Positions 12,242 through 26,087 of a DNA stretch of 64,000 bases are shown here, piece after piece. The number at the start of each line of letters is the position of its first letter. The first letter of the stretch is position 1. Below the pieces are notes generated by a model that saw nothing but the letters and a program-made list of their open reading frames with translations, ran no database searches and was not told the origin of the DNA. The DNA comes from Eledone cirrhosa (Eukaryota), in contig CAXHJY010000225.1 in NCBI GenBank assembly GCA_964016885.1, positions 22,492-86,491 on the forward strand, read 5' to 3'. Both the position numbers and the translations under genes were made by a program.

Positions 12242-14688
12242 CAGCTTTCAGAGACCGCGCTTACTGCATTCAGTCTTATTTATTCAGATTCATATCTATC
12301 TACCTATCTACCGATCTATCTGCTTACCTACCACTCTATCTATCTATCTATCTATCGATCTATCGATCTATCTTCCTATATTTCTATCCAATTATCTCTC
12401 AGTTTACTAGCCTGTGTTTCTTGTTTGTTTTCTTCAACTCCTCTCATCTGTTATTCTTTCCTTTCCAAATATCTTTACTACACTACATCTCGCAATTATT
12501 TACATTAACCATTTAATCCCCAAATTAAAATATTTCAAAGTTTTGCTGAAAGACTAACGAAACAGTGACGAAACTTCTATATAGCTACACAAGCTGCTAG
12601 ATATAGAAACCAAACTTCTTCACATCACCTTTACCCTATAAAACGAGACAGCTTACATTAGACAATGTAGTCCTCACAGCATTTGTGATCAATCTCATTG
12701 CAATGCACGAATGTTTCACGAAGTGTCACCACTTCAAAAAATGTCTGCTTAACATCTGGTAACTCCCCGCCACCGTATATAAGATATAGCTAGGATAGAA
12801 ACATAAACTCTTCAATGTTTAGTCATATTACCTGGTTCTTCAACTATTACTACATTTTAGTTATTTACACCTCCATCACTATAAAATATAAGAACCCTAA
12901 TATTCCTGGAGCTGATCATCATCTTCATCCTAGCTAGGACGGCGAACAGACACAATCGCTAGAATTGCATCAACATTTCTGTTTTCCTTTTGAGTTCGAT
13001 AAGGTACTAGTTCAATACTGTGATTAATCTCCCCTCCCCTTCTCTCCCTCTCTCCTTCTCCCCCCCCTCTCTCTCAAAGATCTGAAGGATTTAATTCAAC
13101 AACGGCACCACGAAGACTAACGTTAAAGGCCCATAATAGGGTATGTATGTCCATAGTAGGCCATGTATGTCCATAGTAGGGTATGTCAAGGTGACACAAC
13201 TCTTGTCAATCCTCATTCGAAGACTATCTTTGTAATGATTCCTACAATTTGGGGTGGGGTCTTAAACACACACAAACACATACACAAACATATACACAAA
13301 CATATACACAAACACACACAAACACACACAACAGAGATAACATAGGGTTATATAAGATACAGGACTGACGATACAAGAGACGGTAAAAACCTTCACATCA
13401 ACCATGAGACAGGTTTCCTGACAAGTGGACACAGGTTCTTACCCAGTCCCTTTGATCGCAGTCCCTCTGTATCTTATATAACCCTATGTATCACAGTCTT
13501 TAAGTATTTTATGCAACTTTATGCACATCCCAAAAATGGCGTGAACAGATACCATGCATCTTTGTCATGTTACATTCCTTTTTCCAGTATTTTATCTTAT
13601 TTTATTGTTATTTTATTTTATGTACGTACACGCATTCATATATGCCCCTCCCCCCATGTTATCTATGATTGGTACGTGGCTACTACGTAGCTATTGCATT
13701 TATTCATATTGTGCATGCACTTTCAGGCTTATATGGCCCCATGAATGGGTTGGGTCCAAGCCTCAAGAATGTTGCCTCATATAATATTGTATGCGCCATG
13801 TGCACAGTTGTGTGTGTGTGTGTGGATGTGTAGGTATTCATCAAGTGTGTGCTTTTGAGATGCATAAGCATGCCCATGTGCATGCCCATGCAAGGGTACA
13901 TGTATGTATGTGTGTACATGCATATATGCATGTCTGTGTGTATGTATTTGTATGAACATGTCTGTGTAGGTGTATCCATATGTATGTGTAGATTTTCCAT
14001 TTTTTCATCTGTATATATGTGTAGTGTCTTAAGTATATATGATTACCTGAGTACAGTGTGTGGAGATATGTGTGTATTTATCAAAAATACTTTTGAAATA
14101 ACTGTTTTGAAAGGTTCTTTAAAGCATTTTTTTTAAATGTTCTTTTTTCCATTTAAAAATGTTTCTGAGTATTCGCTGCACATTCAGTATTTGTCTCATA
14201 TAATACAGTTGCGGGTGTGTAGGTGATTGTTGTGGGTGTATAAGTGCCCATAGGTATTACGCCTGCGCGAAACATGGACATAGGTGTGGGCGTCTACAGG
14301 CCGGGAAGGCTGCGACAGGGCGCGAGAGTTTCAATCATACAACCCCTTACCTCCTACAGTAGTAATTCCGATATAAGAAACAACTTTGACAGGTGACATA
14401 TGAAAGGAACCAGATAAATGACGGCCATGAGTGGACACAAATAGCGATGACGTATACAATTGTTGACCACTCAGTGACAAACAACAACAGGATTTCAGCT
14501 GGCGAGTGAAGGCCGCAAGTGTAACTGGACATTTGGAAACTCTGTTTCGAAGAATCGAGACATATCTTGTGATTTCAGAATCAGGTTCGATCATTGCATC
14601 GATCGTGCCTCGAGCTGGTCACCAGAGAAACGATTGTAATATGTCTAATACATTTTATTCGTCGCACCACTGATTCTCCGTTTCTTAT

Positions 14689-14729
<41 letters not shown>

Positions 14730-15073
14730 ATGTGTGTGTGTGTGTGTATGTATGTGTGTGTGCTGCATATCGCGCATGTTTCTCCTTATACCATATGCTT
14801 TTGTTAGTTGTCTGATATTTTTTTAGAAGTGTGGACCACACTGTTTGTTCCTAACAAACCCCTCACCGGTTTGTTCTACACTTTATTTACTGCATCTCCA
14901 GGAAATATATTTATAAACAAAGGTCTGTACATTTTAATTTATCATTTCAATTGTTATCTGTTTTCCATTCTGTTCAGTGATAATATGATGTTCACTCTGA
15001 TCGTATCATATTCCCTATAATTGAACACACATATCTATACCTTGAGCTCATTAAATTATAGGGGATTAATTAT

Positions 15074-15262
15074 AGGGCGGTGAATTGGCAGTATCGGTAG
15101 AGGGTTGGACGCCATGCTTTCTAGCATAGTTACGTCCCTTTACAGTCTGAGTTCAAATCCCGCCGAGGTTAACTTTGCCTTTCATCCTTACGGGGTCGAT
15201 AAAATAAAGTACCAGTAATGTACTGGGAAATTTTTGGCCTTGTGCCAAATGTAGAAACAATT
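15074..15262 (+). mobile_element. Full-length tRNA-derived SINE with ~20-bp TSD
   Basis: Box A-like TGGCAGTATCGG and box B GAGTTCAAATCC. TTAAATTATAGGGGATTAAT duplicated at 15051 and 15261. Confidence 0.9.
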
Positions 15263-15301
15263 AAATTATAGGGGATTAATGTTAGTCTTTAACTCTGTTA
15301 T

Positions 15302-15371
<70 letters not shown>

Positions 15372-15392
15372 TTATATATATATTTATATATA

Positions 15393-15457
<65 letters not shown>

Positions 15458-15555
15458 ATTGTAACGTTGAACCTTGAGCTGCTTCATCGCAAAATCGCGC
15501 GTCATTCCTGAATAAACTTAATGATAATTTGAGAACTCGTCCTTATTTATTATAT

Positions 15556-15737
15556 GGATTGGCAGTATCGGTAGAGTGTCAGGCAATGCTTTGGCGCATA
15601 GAGTTACGGCCCTTGCCATTCTGAGTTCAAAGGCCGCCGAGGTTGACTTTGCCTTTCATCCTTACGGGGTCGATAAAATACACTACCAGTAATGCACTGG
15701 GTAATTGCTGGCCTTGTGGCAAATGTAGAAACGATTA
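15556..15737 (+). mobile_element. SINE, same family
   Basis: Collinear match to 15074-15262. Confidence 0.88.
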
Positions 15738-15928
15738 TATATATACACATATATATATATTTACATATAATATTAATTAAAGGTTAATTAGGCTCTAATC
15801 TTAATCTTAATCATCTGGATGAGAGGAATCACACAGAGAAGAAATATTATGTATTAAATTTAAGCGAGATTAGATAATATATTTTCTGTCTACCTGGTTT
15901 GTACTCCCATACATAGAGTATATTATTA

Positions 15929-15978
<50 letters not shown>

Positions 15979-16460
15979 TATATTGAGGCTTGTTTGCATA
16001 ATTGCAAACGAATCGAATTTTATTATTAATATTCGAAAAACTCAGATTACATTTATATAAATATATATATATATATATACATGCATGTGTGTGTGTGTGT
16101 GTGTGTATACATATACATATATAAAAGGAGATTAATATCCCCACAGGTACTAAGTACCCATGGAAATATATAGGGTGTCTATGATACAGTGGTTGTTCCA
16201 TGGTATTAATTTGACATACCAGAACTATAAAATTGAGATGAGCGGAGCAAGCAAGCTTCAAACAATTTTTTAAAATAAATTAAAAAATATAATTTAAATA
16301 TTTACCTATTCCATTTGCTTTTTCCGACAGTTTCACCTCACAAAAGATTGAAGATCCTAGGGATTTCCAATGGAAATGTTCGGATCATTAGGGAGCATTT
16401 TCCCTACCTAGGACAAAAGTCCCAGAAACGGCAAAATATATATATTTATTTATATATATA

Positions 16461-16682
16461 TAGTAATAATAATAAATTTGAAGACTAAAATCCAAAGAGG
16501 GCTCAATAAGGATAAATATATATCAAATATATAAGAACCGTATAGCAAATATTTATTAAAATAACAGATTAAAGTTTAAGCAAAGAATCGCTGCTTTCAC
16601 CCTTAACGGGATCTTCTGAAAGATTCCGTTAAGGGTGAAAGCAGCGATTCTTTGCTTAAACTTTAATCTGTTATTTTGATAA

Positions 16683-16687
<5 letters not shown>
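16461..16687. repeat. Fold-back element, Penelope pLTR-like; second copy at 18420-18605
   Basis: AAAATAACAGATTAAAGTTTAAGCAAAGAATCGCTGCTTTCACCCTTAACGG followed directly by its reverse complement. Confidence 0.8.
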
Positions 16688-16758
<71 letters not shown>

Positions 16759-16881
16759 ATATGTATATATATATGTATATGTATATACGTTGTGTGTAAA
16801 CCTACAGATACCTGTTTATACGTATTTAATACAACCTGATAGTTACTTCACACTTGTATTTTATGCATATATAGATACGTA

Positions 16882-16913
<32 letters not shown>

Positions 16914-17301
16914 TGTGTGTCTGTGTCTGTGTCTGTTTGTGTGTCTGTGTGTGTCTGTGTGTGTGTTTGTGTGTGTCAGTGTATAACAGGCTGTATTGTC
17001 TAATTATGTCAACATTTTCAAATTTTGGTTTTACCAAAACTAGATGTGAATATTGCAATATCAAGTGCTGGAATAAGTCGGTCTTGTGTGTATGTGTGTG
17101 TACATGTATATGTAAATATATACATGTATATATATCTATAACTATGTATATGTGTGGGTGTGTGCATGTATACATAAATATATACATGTATATATATCTA
17201 TAACTATGTATATGTGTGTGTGTGTGCATGTAGACATAAATATATACATGTATATATATGTATATATATGTATAAATATGTATGTGTGTATGTATGTATA
17301 A

Positions 17302-17335
<34 letters not shown>

Positions 17336-17730
17336 ATGTATATCCGAATACTACATCCAGCATGATTAGTATCAATAACAGCCTTACCAGGCTACTCCCC
17401 TCCAAGCCACTCTGTTGTCTGAACAATGAGATTTAGAAATATAGAGTGAACTAGGTCGAGTGAATAAACTCGCCCAGGATCTCTGTTGAAATTACTGAGA
17501 GAAGAACTATTTTAATAAGTGTGTCGGTACTACATGGGAGACTATAGGGGAATATAGTGAAGTTGTATTATTATTACTAATATACTTATAGTTGTTGTTG
17601 TTGTTGTTGTTGTTGTGATCTATATCAAAAAGCATTGATTTATCGTATCGTTTTGTTCCTTTAATAATGTTTCTCCCTTTATCTATGGTGTTCCTTTGAA
17701 GACAGACACATGTGCACACACACTCACACA

Positions 17731-17825
<95 letters not shown>

Positions 17826-18127
17826 ATGTGTGTGTGTGTCTGCATGTATGACTATTACTGGTTTTAGGCATCATACCACGGCTATGCTAGGGAACCTCCT
17901 TCATCATTTGTAGTGGAGAACATCTAGCAGACTACTAAACTCTCTCTGGTATATTGGTTATCGATCTGTATTTATCGAATCAAAAATGTACTCAATCTCT
18001 GAATAGGGTAGCGTATTATATTCTTGAGCAAGTCAACGCTTTTCACGTTGCCTCTGTTCTCTCTTCAGAAAATGTGAACCACCGGCACCTTGCGATGAAA
18101 CATTTGTATGTGTGTATATATATATAT

Positions 18128-18318
18128 ATAGGAAAATTATCAAGACCCCGACGGCAGAGCTGAAGCCGTTTCGACGGCTATTTCAGAAATAGCCGTCGAA
18201 ACGGCTTGAATTCTACTATCGGGGTCTTGAATATGTTCCTATTACCCACACTACTAGTCTAAGTATTGAGTACTCTGGTGCGTTATGGTCCATCTGGTTC
18301 CTTACCACACTTCGTTCG

Positions 18319-18322
<4 letters not shown>
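18128..18322. repeat. Fold-back dispersed element; relatives at ~18775-18922, 21253-21416, 33917-34057, 35820-35915 and 62437-62500
   Basis: AAGACCCCGACGGCAGAGC..AAGCCGTTTCGACGGCTATTTC with inverted copy, plus a shared GGAACCAG(A/G)TGGACCAT segment in most copies. Always within (TA)n. Confidence 0.75.
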
Positions 18323-18368
<46 letters not shown>

Positions 18369-18683
18369 TAACACACATCTGTAACATACATATGCATTTA
18401 TATATATAGAGAGATATATATCAAAATAATAGATTAAAGTTTAAGCAAAGAATCGCTGCTTTCATCCTTCACAGCGATTCTTTGCTTAAACTTTAATCTG
18501 TTATTTTAATAAATATTTAATCCAGGGTTCTTATATATTTGATATATATTTATCCTTATTGACCCCTCTTTGGATTTTAGTTTTCACATTTATTATTATT
18601 ACTATATATATACATATAATATATATATATAATATATTTATATAATATATAATATATATATATATGTATGTATATATGATATA

Positions 18684-18777
<94 letters not shown>

Positions 18778-18987
18778 GAAGGAGTTGTGGTTAGGAACCA
18801 GATGGACCATAATGCAGCAGAGTATTCAATAATTAGGGTAGTAAAGTGGGTAATAGGAAAAAGTTTAACCCAGACGGCAGAGCTCAAGCCGTTTCGACGG
18901 CTATTTCAGGACTATTTTTCCTATATACATAATATATATAGATATAACATATAATATATATATAATATATATATATTATATAATATA

Positions 18988-19840
18988 CTAGCAGTGGTAC
19001 CCGGCATTGCACGGGATAAGGTATTTTGGAACGCGGGCCGCCAACAGATCTAATCGTGGAAAAACTTCATGCCTGGACATTATGGAAAGAAAATAAACCG
19101 AATACTGTGATGGCTGGATAATCTTTAAGATTTTCCTCGATGAAGCAGGAAAAATGCAGGTTTTCGCCTAATGCGGGTCCTAAGGGATCAAGAAAATGAA
19201 TTTTTTTTATGTGCATAATATGCTTTGAAATTTCGGGAAAATCGGCTAGACCTAACGCCTCCAAAAAGCCCTAAAAAAGCTTTTAAAATGCAGTTTTTCA
19301 CCTAATGCGGGCCCTAGTAGATCAAAATGTTGAATTGTATGTGCACAAGACTCTCAGAAACATAAGTAATACATATGTAAAGTTTGAAAAAAATCGGTTG
19401 GGTACTTCTCGAGTTTTAGGGATTCAAACTCACAGACACACAGATACACACACATACATCCTCAGGGAAGTGACGTAATGCAGACAGCCAGACATACAGA
19501 CAGATATTATAAGCGCGCGTTTTGGACGCAGAGCGAATTGTAGGAAGTGACGTAATGCAGACAGCCAGGTATACAGACAGATATTATAAGTGCGCCACGA
19601 TATATGTATGTATCTATCTAAAAAGAGAAAGACTAAGAATTATATAGAGAGATCGCTAAATCGCCTAATGCGGTCCCTGGGGCATTGAAAATTTGAAATT
19701 GATTTTGCTCAGAACACTCCCTGAAACAGAAGTATTACATGTGTAAAGTTCGAAAACAGTCGGTTGGGTGGTTCTCTAGTTTTAGGGATTCAAACTCACA
19801 CACACACAGACAGTCATCCTCAGTTTTATATATATAGACT
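18988..19840 (+). mobile_element. Helentron/HINE-like non-autonomous element
   Basis: 5' ACTAGC with hairpin CCCGGCATTGCACGGG; 3' end TTTTATATATATAGACT; internal duplications at ~19466/19543 and ~19380/19745. Confidence 0.55.
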
Positions 19841-20100
19841 AGCAGAAAACCACCCGGTGGGCGGTTTTCTGCTAGCAAATCTAGTGTATATACTGATATT
19901 GTTGAGATTTGGATGAGAAATGTTTTCGGCACCACATGTTCACCGTCTCTCGGTGTGTCTTTTATGCATGTATAAATATATATATTATCTATACGGTGAA
20001 ATCTTTGAAATAAATATATGTTAAAACGAAAAAGGAGAAAAAGAGATTAGTGACGGAAATATAAACGTTATGATACATAAACGTTATGATATAACGATGG
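19839..20100 (+). mobile_element. Second HINE-like element; relative at ~34678-35157
   Basis: CTAGCAGAAAACCACCCGGTGGGCGGTTTTCTGCTAG hairpin, repeated at ~34680. Confidence 0.5.
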
Positions 20101-20369
20101 AAATATATCTTCAAATGGTCCTTGGCATGGTGTCAAGTCAGAACCGCCTCGAACTGGTTACTTCTGGCTTGTGCAAGGTGTCTCTATAGCAACCAGCGAT
20201 TCCCTCGGCCTCAGTGACCAAAGTCAGTGGAGAAGGGAAGGTAATGTTTCTATAGCGACAGTGTTTCTCTTGGTAGTACCAAAGTGGAGAAAGGAAGGGG
20301 AAGGTAATATTTCTGTAGCACCTACATTTGAGTTTTAGGGAAGGACAGACAGACAAACAGAGAAATGCC

Positions 20370-20453
20370 CATACATTTCTGTGTGTGTATATATATATAT
20401 ATATATATTACACACACAGAAATGTATATATATTTCTGTGTGTGTATATATAT

Positions 20454-20486
<33 letters not shown>

Positions 20487-20590
20487 TACACACACAGAAA
20501 TGTATATATATTTCTGTGTGTATATATATATATTTCTGTGTGTGTATATATATATATATATTACACACACAGAAATGTATATATATTTCT
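20370..20590. repeat. Tandem palindromic units TTTCTGTGTGTG(TA)nCACACAGAAA
   Basis: Three self-complementary units visible. Confidence 0.75.
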
Positions 20591-20708
20591 TAGAAAAAAA
20601 TTATTATTAATGTTTTGCTGTTCATAACAATTGGAATTGAAAAATTACTTTTGAAATTATTAGTTATTTTACTAATGCTTAGATATGTAAAAATGAAGCA
20701 ATGTTTCT

Positions 20709-20902
20709 AATAATTGTTTCTACTTTTGGCACAAGGCCAGCAATTACCCAGTACATTACTGGTACTTTATTTTATCGACCCCGTGAGGATGAAAGGCAAA
20801 GTTAACCTCGGCGGTATTTGAACTCAGACCGTAAAGGGACGTAACTCCATGCTATGAAGCATGGTGCCCGACTCTCTACAGATTCTGCCAATCCACCGCC
20901 CT
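20709..20902 (-). mobile_element. SINE, full length
   Basis: Reverse complement of the 15074 family. Confidence 0.88.
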
Positions 20903-21200
20903 AATGTCTGTACGTAATGAGGGAGTGAGAGGGGAGAGAAAGAAAGGCAGAGGTGTTGTGACGAAGTGACTCTCTCCTCCTCCTCCTCCTCCATCTCCCC
21001 ATTCGTCACAGCGATAGAGGGGAGGAATGTTAGTGTGTTACAAAGAGAAAGAGTGAGAGTGAGAGAAACAGACAGACTAAAAGAGAGGGATAGCTGGAGA
21101 GAGAGAGAGATAGCAACCACGCGCGCACGTGTTTCCACTGTCGGACAGACAGACAGAGAAATTGCTGGTTATATATTATAAGGAGATATATAACATACAA

Positions 21201-21247
<47 letters not shown>

Positions 21248-21588
21248 ATATATAACGAAGGAGTTGTGGTAAGGAACCAGATGGACCATAACGCACCAGA
21301 GTACTCAATACTTAGGGTATCAGAGTGGGTAATAGAAAAAAGTATGACCTCGACGGCAGAGCTCAAGCCATTTCGACTGCTATTTCTGGACCGTTTCAGC
21401 GGCTATTTCTTTCCTATAAATACATATATATATATATATATATATACATATAATATATATACATATATAATATATATTAATATGTAATATATATGTGACG
21501 TATATATACATATATAATATATATATATAAAATATACATATATATATAATACATATATATATTATATATTATATATAATATATATACG

Positions 21589-23731
21589 ATAACATGGATC
21601 TCTACTATGCCAACTGGGATGCAATTATGAACGAACTATCGCATGTTGACTGGTCTTTTACACACGAACACATTTCCACCAACATCAAAACATCTTGGCA
21701 GATCTTTGTAGACAGTCACAAATATATGTACAAAACCTGAGAACAAAACTAAGTGCAGCCCCCCCCCCAAAAAAAAACAATTATCAGAAAAATTAAAAGA
21801 ACAAACAAAGAAATTAACACACTAAAATACTGCCAACAGCAATACACACATTTGATGGCTATCACCTTGCTTGAATCATGAAAATATAACCTCCAGCAAT
21901 GCATGATGACCATCATCAATAACCAGAGAATAGCTGAAGAGAGGTGGGCCATTGAGAAAATCAAACTCAACCCCAAAGTGTTCTTCTCATTTGCTAAAAA
22001 ACACAAGGTCTCTGTCTCCACTGTTGGCCCCTAGTTGATGAAAATGGCACATTCCAAGACAATGCCAAACCATGGAGAGATACTGCAGAAACAATACTGC
22101 TCTGGTTTCAGCAATCCTGATATGGCAAATCTGGGCTGTATCAGTGATGTTAATCCCCAGCACACTATATCAGACATAACGTTTGGCGCCCCTGATGTCT
22201 TAGCGGCAATAAACGAAATTAAACACAATAGGCCCCGACAGGTTCCCTGCTTGCGTCCTGAAGGTGTGTCGACACCAACTTGCATCTCCTCTTGCTAATC
22301 TGTGGAGGAACTCACTGGATACTGTCTATATTCCTGAAAACTTTCTGTCCCAGTCTTCAAAAAGGGAAATAAATCCCTGGCAGTGAACTACCATCCGATC
22401 TCACTCACCTCTGATATTATCAAGGTATTTGAGAGGGTGGTGAGATCACGAATAACCCACTTTCTTGAAAGCAACGGCCTGCTGAACTCCAACCAACATG
22501 GGTTTCGTAATGGAAGGGACTGCCTAACGCAGCTCCTGCATCACTTTGATAATGTTTTGAGAGCCTTGGGAGAGGGCTCCAACACTGATGTCATCTACCT
22601 TGATTTCAGCAAGGCCTTTGACAGGGTTGATCATAAGATTCTACTGAAAAATCTATCCAATGTTGGTGTCTCTGGAAAATTACTACAGTGGATCAAATGT
22701 TTCCTGACAGGCAGAACCCAGCATGTTGTAGTAGAAGGAGTAAAATCAAGCTCTGCCAAAGTCAGCAGAGGCGTACCACAAGACACTGTGTTGCGCCCAT
22801 TTCTTTTCATCATCTACATTAATGAAATTACTGACATCATCAAGCACAGCAACATAAGAATCTTCGCAGATGATTCCAAGCTCCAAGGAGTCATCAATGA
22901 GGTAGTTTCAGATGCCCTGAAACTACCATACTCTCTTCCTTCGGGTGAAACTCTAGTGGCTTCCAATAACGTCAGAGACCTGGGAGTAATTGTGGACAAC
23001 AACATAAGCTAAGCCACTCATATAAACAGCAAAGTTGACATGGCCCGAGAATATGTTCCTGGATTCTCAGAACTTTCCAGTCGAGAGATATCCACACTGT
23101 TATCCTTTTCTTCTCCACTTTCGCCCGACCCCACCTTGAATACTGTTGTCCACTGTGGTCACCCCACACGAAACAAAGTATCATGAAAGTTGAAGCACCC
23201 CAAAGATCGATTACAAAAAAGATAGATGGCATGACAGGCCTTGACTATTGGAATCGATTAGAAAAGCTCAACCTTTATTCTCTCCAACGTCGCCGTGAGC
23301 GCTACATTATCTACATGATGTGGAAAATATTCCATCAGCTTTGCCTAAATGATGTTGGCATCACCTTTAGTGTACACCCAAGGTTTGGGCCCCGTGCTAT
23401 CCGCCCACGATAAAAATATCACTCGCATCTCATAACAACAATACGGCACAATTATTTCACCTCAATTGACCCTGCTCTCTTTAACATTACACCAAAACAC
23501 ATCAAAACAGAAACAGACGCCATCAAGTTCAAGAAATCTTTTGAAAAATTCCTTCAAGAAATCCCGGATAAGCCTCCTACACCCGGATATGCCTCCGTAA
23601 ACAATAACTCTCTGCTCGAGTGGGCCATGGTGCTCAAACCCTCATATGTAAGACTTCGCCAGGTAGTACTATTAAGTTAGACATGGCCTGGGCCAATATT
23701 GGCCGAAACCTATCAAAGTTATCAAAGTTAA
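21589..23731 (+). pseudogene. Decayed CR1-group LINE ORF2 (RT), 5'-truncated, with 3' UTR and tail
   Basis: NYHPISLTS, QHGFRNGR, YLDFSKAFDRVDH, GVPQ, IFADDSKL, DLGVIVD, RPHLEYC, SLQRRRERY. Frameshifts, an apparent deletion after FADD, and a (TATCAAAGT)2 tail. Confidence 0.9.
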
Positions 23732-24005
23732 GTGTATATATATAGTGTATATATATATATATGTGTGTGTGTAAATGAAGTATTTCCGTCAGAAAGGTAC
23801 AGGAAAAAAGAGTGCTCTATGTAGGCTACAGAGCTTATTAGTTGAGTGTGTGTATGTTTACGTTCTAGATATTTATATTTTTTTATATATATATATATAT
23901 TTTTTTTCCCTTTTTTCTTTTCGCCCACTTTTTTCAGCCTCACTCTCATATTTCCTAAATTTTGTTTTCAAATCCATATTTAATCAAAACACCATATTTT
24001 TTTAA

Positions 24006-24066
24006 TTCATTCTGACGACTAAAGACAGACACAACATCTGTCTTCAAGAAACCACTGGTAAATGAA
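24006..24066 (+). ncRNA. Type I hammerhead ribozyme
   Basis: TTCATT-CTGACGA-(ct a)AAGACAGA..TCTGTCTT(caa)-GAAA-CCA c TGG-TA-AATGAA. 6-bp stem I and GUA site; base of stem II imperfect. Confidence 0.75.
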
Positions 24067-24097
24067 ATAATTATCTTATGTTGTTTATTACATAACT

Positions 24098-24234
<137 letters not shown>

Positions 24235-24250
24235 CGTATGTGTGTGAGTG

Positions 24251-24859
24251 CCAGGTCACCAGTTCGTGCTACTGGTAACATGTATCCCAGTACAACCTGT
24301 GCCATGGTCGGGTCGTTGGCGTCTAAACTGGCAACCCTACCAAGGTTTCTTGGTGAGGAGGGTGACTTTGGACATCCTGCAGGACTAAAAACAAAACCTG
24401 TCAAAGGGCAAAGAAGCTCTTAAGAGTCAATGGCCATCCAAAATCACCAAGAGAGATGATCCCTTAGCCTTTGTCAAGGCAGAATTCTAGGAGAAGGAAA
24501 TCTCTGATATAACACCTGCAACCCTGATGGTATCCAATGATGTTGAGTTGTTCTTCTTTTTGGTAAATATCATCTTGGTTAAGAGAGTGGGACTGGCTTT
24601 GTGCAATGCCTTTGCTCACTATAAAAGCTTCACGGCACAGGCATTGCTTTATATCTGGAGATCTCTTTGCACTTGTCGTCACATGGTACCATGGGCCCAG
24701 CACTATGTGTCAATAATTGTCACAAGTGTAGTGTTTGTACCAGAGTTTTCAAGTCGCTGGCTGGACTAAAAAGTCACACTCGTTCAGCGCATCGGTAGGG
24801 GTTCTCCTACATGGATATAAAGTAGTGACCGTACTCGAAAACGAGTTGGCAGCCACCAT
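24251..24859 (+). mobile_element. ~600-bp non-autonomous RTE-related element, copy 2, followed by (TATG)n
   Basis: Highly similar to 11522-12129. Confidence 0.6.
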
Positions 24860-25299
24860 GTATGTATGTATGTATGTATGTATGTATGTATGTATGTATG
24901 TATGTATGTATGTATGTATGTATGTATGTATATATATATATAATATAAAGCTGACGGCCGTATATATGTAACAAACCTTTCGCCAAACACCACCAGATTT
25001 GCACCATAGATGTAACTTTTTCCAAGCAAGAATGTGAGGGTATTTTTCTCTACTAAATTTAGTTAAAAGATTTAAGATATTTTATTGTTTATTTAAATAT
25101 TCACTTCTTTAAAATTTTCAAATGTCAACATTTCCTGTTATACGACAGTCCTCTCTCTTTTTAGATAGATACACAGCTATAACGTCGCGCCCTTAAAAAC
25201 ATATGTCTGTATGGCTGCTTGTCTGCATTACGAAAACCATTCTGTACATTGGCTTCGCTATCTGTGTGTGTGTGTATATATAGTGTATATATATATATA

Positions 25300-25330
<31 letters not shown>

Positions 25331-25337
<7 letters not shown>

Positions 25338-25688
25338 AAAAAGGGATGAAATCGAAAATGCAACTGAAGTCTTATTTTTTTTTAAAATATATATATATTT
25401 ATTTGGTTCCTTTACCGGTTTCGCAGTTCTTCTGCTTTTCAAAAGGTGAGTTGAGATGGAGGGTCTGTGGTTTTTCTCACATCATGTGAGAAAAACCACA
25501 GACCCTCCATCTCAACTCACCTTTTGAAAAGCAGAAGAACTGCGAAACCGGTAAAGGAACCAAATAAATATATATATATTTTTTAAAAAAATAAGACTTC
25601 AGTTGCATTTTCGATTTCATCCCTTTTTCTTTATACTTCCACTGGTGTAGGACACCTCGGATTTTTCATTTTGTAAAAAAAACCTCAC

Positions 25689-25695
<7 letters not shown>
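25331..25695. repeat. Near-perfect ~305-bp palindrome (inverted Penelope pLTR) with one arm extended
   Basis: Arms 25331-25482 and 25484-25635 are reverse complements around a single C at 25483. Confidence 0.92.
25520..25557 (+). ncRNA. Minimal hammerhead, U3-A8 core variant
   Basis: CCTT-TTGAAAA-GCAG aagaa CTGC-GAAA-CCGG-TA-AAGG, followed by AATAAA. Confidence 0.7.
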
Positions 25696-25741
<46 letters not shown>

Positions 25742-26087
25742 ATGTTAGTATCATAAATAAAAGACAGTTTAATTTGTACATTTTATTACAGTATTCCTTT
25801 ATACATATATATACATATATAAACATGTTATTTACGTTGTATAATAAGAAGTACAATTGTTTCTACTTTTGGCACAAAGCCAGCAAAAACTCCCAGTACA
25901 TTACTGGTACTTTATTATATATAATATATATAATACGACATTCTTCTCTCTTTCTTATTCTGTCTTTTTAGATAGATACATAGCTATAACGTCGCACCCT
26001 TAGAATATCTTGTCTGGTTGCCTGTCTGCATTGACTTCGCTTCTAACCAACTTTTAATTAATTATATATATATAATTATATTCGTCT

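Noticed and set aside
11799-12410. 203-aa hydrophobic ORF in the duplicated element
   Set aside because: The frame is broken in the second copy and the ORF runs into microsatellite; no recognisable domain.
15074-15170. tRNA gene
   Set aside because: Only A/B boxes of a SINE head; no cloverleaf.
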